Source: Methylorubrum extorquens
Lineage (GTDB): Bacteria > Pseudomonadota > Alphaproteobacteria > Rhizobiales > Beijerinckiaceae
Length of the DNA: 32,000 nucleotides
Direction of reading: 5' to 3'
NCBI GenBank assembly: GCA_900234795.1
Contig: LT962688.1
Span: forward strand, 270,001 to 302,000
Positions 28,112 to 32,000 of this stretch are shown piece by piece; position 1 is the first letter of the stretch, and each line of letters begins with the position of its first letter. The notes below the pieces were generated by a model. It searched no databases and was not told the DNA's origin. It was given only the letters and a program-made list of their open reading frames with translations. The position numbers were made by a program, and so were the translations under genes.

Positions 28112-28969
28112 ATGATCGCATCGCATCGTCTGGCGCTGGCGGCCACGCTCGCGACCGGCACCCTCCTCGGGGTTCTGACCGGCTCCTTCGCGTCCCCTGC
28201 CGCCGCGGCGGATCTGCTTCCGCCGCCCCCGCCGCCGCCCGTGCAAGTCGAGCCGGTGACCATCGGCAGCGGCTGGTATCTACGCGGCGACTTCACGCAG
28301 AGCTGGTACGACCACCCGCGCGACGACGCCATTCTCGATCCGAATGATCCCGGCATGCCGCCGCTCGTCGGATTGCGCCTGAGTTCCGAGACCGGTTACG
28401 GCGGCGGCGTCGGCTACCAGATCAATCCGTGGCTGCGTGTCGATGCTACCATCGACCAGCGCGCCGCCTCGTCCTTCCGCGGCTACTCCTCACGCTCGGT
28501 GTTCGAGACCGGCTACAATCTCGAAGCCGGCAAGGTCGATGTGCTGACCGGCCTCGTCAATGTCTATGCCGACATTGGAACGTGGTACGGCTTCACGCCT
28601 TATGTCGGCGCGGGCGTCGGCTTTGCCGACAAGCGCATGAGCCGCAACTACACCCAGACCACCTGCCTGATCGACAGCTGCGACGGGGCCGCCGGCACGG
28701 GACCGCGCAACGCCGCCTTCCGCGCCAACCACTCGGTCATGACCTTCGCCTGGGCTCTGACGGCCGGCTTGTCCTACGACATCGGCGCCGGGTTCAGCGT
28801 GGACGCGGCCTACCGCTACATCGATCTCGGCCGGATCCGCAGTGGACTGGACGAGTTCGGTGGCCTCACCCGCGTCAAGGATCTGACGGCAAGCGAATTC
28901 CGGGTCGGCCTTCGCTACCGCTTCGCCGACGGCCTGCTCGCCTCTCCCGTTCGGAACTTCGGCAACTGA
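28112..28969 (+). CDS. outer-membrane beta-barrel protein, Omp25/Omp31/RopB-like (paralog 2)
   Basis: In-frame part of track ORF 27956..28969. Signal peptide MIASHRLALAATLATGTLLGVLTGSFASPAAA, then ADLLPPPPPPP. Shares GGGVGYQINPWLRVDAT and WYGFTPYVGAGVGFA with paralog 1. Confidence 0.85.
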   Translation: MIASHRLALAATLATGTLLGVLTGSFASPAAAADLLPPPPPPPVQVEPVTIGSGWYLRGDFTQSWYDHPRDDAILDPNDPGMPPLVGLRLSSETGYGGGVGYQINPWLRVDATIDQRAASSFRGYSSRSVFETGYNLEAGKVDVLTGLVNVYADIGTWYGFTPYVGAGVGFADKRMSRNYTQTTCLIDSCDGAAGTGPRNAAFRANHSVMTFAWALTAGLSYDIGAGFSVDAAYRYIDLGRIRSGLDEFGGLTRVKDLTASEFRVGLRYRFADGLLASPVRNFGN

Positions 28970-28997
28970 GTCGATCGCGATCGTTCCCTAGGAACGC

Positions 28998-29036
28998 ACG
29001 GCGTCCGGGCTTAACCCCCGGGCGCCGTTCTCGTTT
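28998..29036 (+). terminator. rho-independent-type terminator after porin paralog 2
   Basis: ACGGCGTCCGGG-cttaacc-CCCGGGCGCCGT (12-bp stem with one G-U pair) followed by TCTCGTTT. Confidence 0.65.
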
Positions 29037-29209
29037 GGGCCGTCGCACAGAACGTCTGCGTCTCGCGCCGAAAACGATAGGTGAGGGCATGATCCCGCGA
29101 TCTCGGGACGCCATCCAATGTTGGTCCGGCACGAAAAATTAAGGTTACTGAACTAGTACGAAAGGGTCAGCCCGGCGCAGCAACGGCCCGGTGCGTGAGG
29201 ACGACGACG

Positions 29210-30136
29210 ATGCGTATCGCGACCCTGGCTCTACTGACGACCGTTCTGGTTTCACCCGCTCTCGCCGCCGATCTCGATTACGGCGTGCTGCGCGGCTACG
29301 ACGATGATTACCCGGCACCGGCTCCGATCATCGACTGGAGCGGGTTCTATGTCGGTGGGCATGGCGGATACTCGTCGGCCTCGATGGGTTTCACGAACGT
29401 CTTCTCCAAGCCTTACAGTCAATATTTTCGCGCAAGAGATATCGAGACCGAATTCGGTATTTCGTCATTGCTGAGTTTCGCCTCCCAACGTGTTCACGGC
29501 ATTACATATGGAGCCTTTGCAGGCTACAATATTCAGCTTGACGATGCTGTGTTCGGCATTGAAGTCGATTACACAAGCTTCAGCAAATCTGGCATGTCCT
29601 ATAGTGAAATCAGCCGCTTTGTGACGACCAAAAACAATATGTTCGAAACCGTGAACCTACGTGGGTTTTCACGGACTGAACTCGAGGATTTTGGAACGAT
29701 TCGCGGCCGAGCGGGCTATGCGTTCGGTAGCTTCCTTCCATTCGTGACAGCCGGCTTAGCCATTGGCCGAGCAACTATCTTGGACCAGCCTGAGGTCCAA
29801 AACTACGGCTATGACGCAACAGCCGCCGCGGCTTACCAAACCAATCCGAAAGCTGGGGCACCAGTAACTCATCACGGTTACGCCAACGGCAATACGGCGT
29901 TCGATCCCAGCGCGCCTCAGGATCCGCAGAAATCGATACCTGACGGATTTTATCAAATTCCAGCAAAGCCCAAGAGCAAAGCTATGGCTGGCGTTGCACT
30001 TGGGGCGGGCCTTGAATATGCAATCACGCCGAACTTTCTTTTACGCGGCGAGTACCAATATGTACTATTCGATGATTTTGACGGACACAAAATCAACGTA
30101 AACACAGTCCGCGGTGGCGCCGCCATCAAATTTTGA
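29210..30136 (+). CDS. outer-membrane beta-barrel protein, Omp25/Omp31 family (paralog 3, compositionally mosaic)
   Basis: ATG 29210 is 9 nt after GAGG. Signal peptide MRIATLALLTTVLVSPALA. GFYVGGHGGYSS..., GAFAGYNIQLDDAVFGIEVDY, C-terminal LRGEYQYVLFDD...VRGGAAIKF with terminal Phe. Confidence 0.85.
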   Translation: MRIATLALLTTVLVSPALAADLDYGVLRGYDDDYPAPAPIIDWSGFYVGGHGGYSSASMGFTNVFSKPYSQYFRARDIETEFGISSLLSFASQRVHGITYGAFAGYNIQLDDAVFGIEVDYTSFSKSGMSYSEISRFVTTKNNMFETVNLRGFSRTELEDFGTIRGRAGYAFGSFLPFVTAGLAIGRATILDQPEVQNYGYDATAAAAYQTNPKAGAPVTHHGYANGNTAFDPSAPQDPQKSIPDGFYQIPAKPKSKAMAGVALGAGLEYAITPNFLLRGEYQYVLFDDFDGHKINVNTVRGGAAIKF

Positions 30137-30162
30137 CGCGTCCTCAAACCCAAAGGGCAGAC

Positions 30163-30420
30163 ATGCGCCACGTGCTTCCGCTCGTCGCCGTCGGTATCGC
30201 CGGCTTCTCCGCGGCACTCGCGTACGCGCAAGCCGGCGAGCATCACCGGCGCTCCACACTGAGTCCCGCCGTCACGGCACTCCCCCCAGAAATGCCCTAC
30301 CGCGATCCGCGCCCGCGCTTTCGCGCGTCGCCGCCGGTCGAGCGGTTCGCCGTCCGGGCCTACGTGCCGCGGCCGACCAACCAGCCGATGTTCAACGAGC
30401 CGCCACAGCCGTTGCGCTGA
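30163..30420 (+). CDS. hypothetical small secreted Pro/Arg-rich protein
   Basis: 85-aa in-frame part of track ORF 30133..30420. ATG 30163 lies 26 nt after the porin-3 stop. Signal-like MRHVLPLVAVGIAGFSAALAYAQA. High GC, no recognised family. Confidence 0.4.
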   Translation: MRHVLPLVAVGIAGFSAALAYAQAGEHHRRSTLSPAVTALPPEMPYRDPRPRFRASPPVERFAVRAYVPRPTNQPMFNEPPQPLR

Positions 30421-30427
30421 CGCGCGG

Positions 30428-30976
30428 TCAACTGTCGAGCTCGCTGTCCCAGTAGAGATAGTCGAGCCAAGTGTGGTGATACTGGCGGTGGTCGAATTCC
30501 GGTTGGCGGCGGTGCAGCTCGTGCCGCGTCGGCCGGTGCGGCTCGTTGAGCAGGGGCATCTCGGCCTCGTGCGGCGTGCGATTGGCCTTGCGCAGATTGC
30601 ATGGCGAGCAGGCGGCCACGACGTTCTCCCAGGTGGAGAGGCCGCCGCGCGAGCGGGGCACGACGTGATCGAAGGTCAGCCCGCCCGAAGGGAGACGCAG
30701 GCCGCAATACTGGCAGGAGAAGGTGTCGCGCAGGTAGATGTTGTAGCGGGTGAAGGCCGGGCTGCGGGCCAGCGCGACGTAGCTCTTGAGGGCGACCACG
30801 CTCGGCACCTTAAGGGACCGGCTCGGACTGTGCGCCTCGACATCGTAGTTCGCCACCAGGGTGACGCGATCGAGGAACAGCGCCGTGAATGCGTCCTTCC
30901 AAGACCACAACGAGAGCGGGTTGTAGGAAAGCGGCCTGTAATCCGCGTTGAGCACCAGGGTTTGCAGATCGATCAT
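30428..30976 (-). CDS. HNH endonuclease-family protein
   Basis: Track ORF 30428..30985(-). ATG at 30976 (GTG 30985 is an alternative). CQYCG...LTFDHVVPRSRGG..TWENVVAACSPCNLRKANR is a canonical HNH/CxxC motif set. Confidence 0.85.
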   Translation of the reverse strand: MIDLQTLVLNADYRPLSYNPLSLWSWKDAFTALFLDRVTLVANYDVEAHSPSRSLKVPSVVALKSYVALARSPAFTRYNIYLRDTFSCQYCGLRLPSGGLTFDHVVPRSRGGLSTWENVVAACSPCNLRKANRTPHEAEMPLLNEPHRPTRHELHRRQPEFDHRQYHHTWLDYLYWDSELDS

Positions 30977-31687
30977 CGACGCCACTCACTGCTCGTGACG
31001 GCGCCCCTCGGGCGCCTCGGCCTCGGACGCCGAAGGTCCGAAGGGCCATGCCGTACCCGCGACAGTCGGAGCCTACAGGGCGCCTCGGAACCGTGCCGGA
31101 GGGCATGACGCCCCGGCACGGTCGCGAGTCCGCAGGCTGTCGCGCGCGCTCGCGCCAAACCCATGGCCTCAGCGCGTCGCGCTCGGGCGGGTTGGCGGGA
31201 ATCGAAAGGTTGGGAGGGATCTTGACGCCAACAGCTTCCCCGACCGGCGAATCCTGCCGGTTCGAACCGAAGCGTGGCGGGGCGGACGATCAGCGCCGCC
31301 TCCTCGCTGCGTGAGGATATGGCCAAGTCCATCGCGGCTTAGTGTAATATCAGCGTGACAAGCTTGTGAAGGCGAACCGACCGTCCGTGACGTCGCGGCC
31401 AATGATTTTCCTTTGAATTGCGGTCGATCGCTCCGTTCCGCACGCTTTTGCCCCATTACGCGGGCAGACAGAGCTGGCCAACGCGCCGTTGTGCGTTGCA
31501 AAAAGTTTGGCGGCGCGCCTCTCGGCAAGTTACGCCGTGCCCCTAGCTCAAGGGCTATGCGGGATACCGAGCCCCATGAGCGCGGCGCAGACGGCTGTGG
31601 TCGCGCGACACCATCCGCGAACCGGCCGGCCAGGCTGCCCTGGCGCCGATCACCCGACGCGATCCCGTTCCCCCGCGAAGGACGACG

Positions 31688-32000
31688 ATGCTACGACACT
31701 CCCTTCTCACCCGTGTCCGCCACATGATGCGCAGCAAGGCCCTGATCGCGGCACTGACCGCGGCGGCTCTGCTGCCGAATGCGGCCGTGGGGCAGGGGAC
31801 TCCGCCCGGCGCGCAGGCTCCGGCCGCTCAGTCGGCACCGGCCCCGAAGCACCAGACGGCGGCGCCGCCGGCGAACGGGCAACCGCCTGCGACGGACGGG
31901 CAGGCCGCGCCGGCTCCCAAGCCGGCCGCGCCCAAGGTGCCCGTCTCGGAGGCGCTGCAAACGCTCCGCGACCGGCTCGACGCCATCAAGGCGGATCTCG
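31688..32000 (+). CDS. secreted Pro/Ala-rich protein, N-terminal fragment (runs off the window; possibly a DUF3772/MscS-type channel N-terminus)
   Basis: Not in the ORF track because no stop is reached. My own translation from ATG 31688 (AAGGA 5 nt upstream) is MLRHSLLTRVRHMMRSKALIAALTAAALLPNAAVGQGTPPGAQAPAAQSAPAPK...VSEALQTLRDRLDAIKADL, with no stops to position 32000. The product guess is inference only. Confidence 0.5.
   Translation, partial: MLRHSLLTRVRHMMRSKALIAALTAAALLPNAAVGQGTPPGAQAPAAQSAPAPKHQTAAPPANGQPPATDGQAAPAPKPAAPKVPVSEALQTLRDRLDAIKADL

Noticed and set aside
29011-29015. TTAAC half-site downstream of porin 2, considered as another CtrA site.
   Set aside because: It forms the loop of the terminator hairpin (28998-29028) and has no TTAA partner at N7 spacing on either strand. 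Other isolated TTAA tetramers also lack a partner: inside the tRNA anticodon loop, at the hemC stop around 15994, and in the CDSs at ~8345, ~20473 and ~30790.
31033-31046. AAGGTCCGAAGGGCC, considered as the SRP (4.5S) RNA domain IV motif GGUCCGGAAGGAAGCAGCC.
   Set aside because: Only a partial resemblance. The conserved GGAA tetraloop context and the flanking symmetric-loop sequences are missing.
31259-31268. GGTTCGAACC, identical to a tRNA T-arm core, seen in the long intergenic region and considered as a tRNA or att remnant.
   Set aside because: Flanking bases do not form a T-stem, acceptor stem or anticodon arm. The match to the tRNA-Lys 3' end does not extend beyond this palindromic decamer.

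Overview
This is a high-GC (roughly 65-75% by hand counts of 60-nt lines) chromosomal window. It looks alphaproteobacterial, Hyphomicrobiales/Methylobacterium-like, but that taxonomy is inferred from composition and gene content only.

Most of the window is core or metabolic. Left to right:
- DUF892/YciF-like stress protein
- ACS-type MFS transporter
- PAS + HTH regulator
- ~2.2 kb compositionally atypical block with only weak ORFs
- GntR(FCD) regulator, convergent with a SnoaL/NTF2-like gene
- Liv-type ABC uptake operon (SBP, LivH, and one ORF fusing LivM-LivG-LivF), translationally coupled to a PuuE-like polysaccharide deacetylase and followed by a Tat-signal gamma-glutamyltransferase
- tRNA-Lys(CUU) and hemC
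- head-to-head GSCFA / WcbI-like pair
- head-to-head single-domain response regulator / Hpt pair
- conserved pal-ybgF(cpoB)-tilS-ftsH block, then TauE/SafE and glmM
- three tandem Omp25/31-type beta-barrel paralogs, each with its own promoter region
- small secreted Pro-rich ORF, an HNH endonuclease, a 700-nt non-coding gap, and the 5' end of a secreted Pro/Ala-rich protein

I saw no CRISPR array, transposase, integrase or recognisable defence island.

The observations most worth follow-up:
1. Perfect CtrA-type boxes (TTAA-N7-TTAAC) sit in the RR/Hpt divergent promoter and upstream of the first porin gene. Degenerate copies sit at the same relative position upstream of the other two porins.
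2. The orphan GSCFA/WcbI-like pair shares an N-terminal G-x-C motif.
3. The LivM-LivG-LivF triple fusion has a degenerate first ABC signature, inside an unassigned transporter-deacetylase-GGT locus with a dense GTGCAC-type palindrome cluster.
4. The third porin gene is compositionally mosaic.

Many long ORFs in the six-frame track are antisense or out-of-frame artefacts of the high GC.
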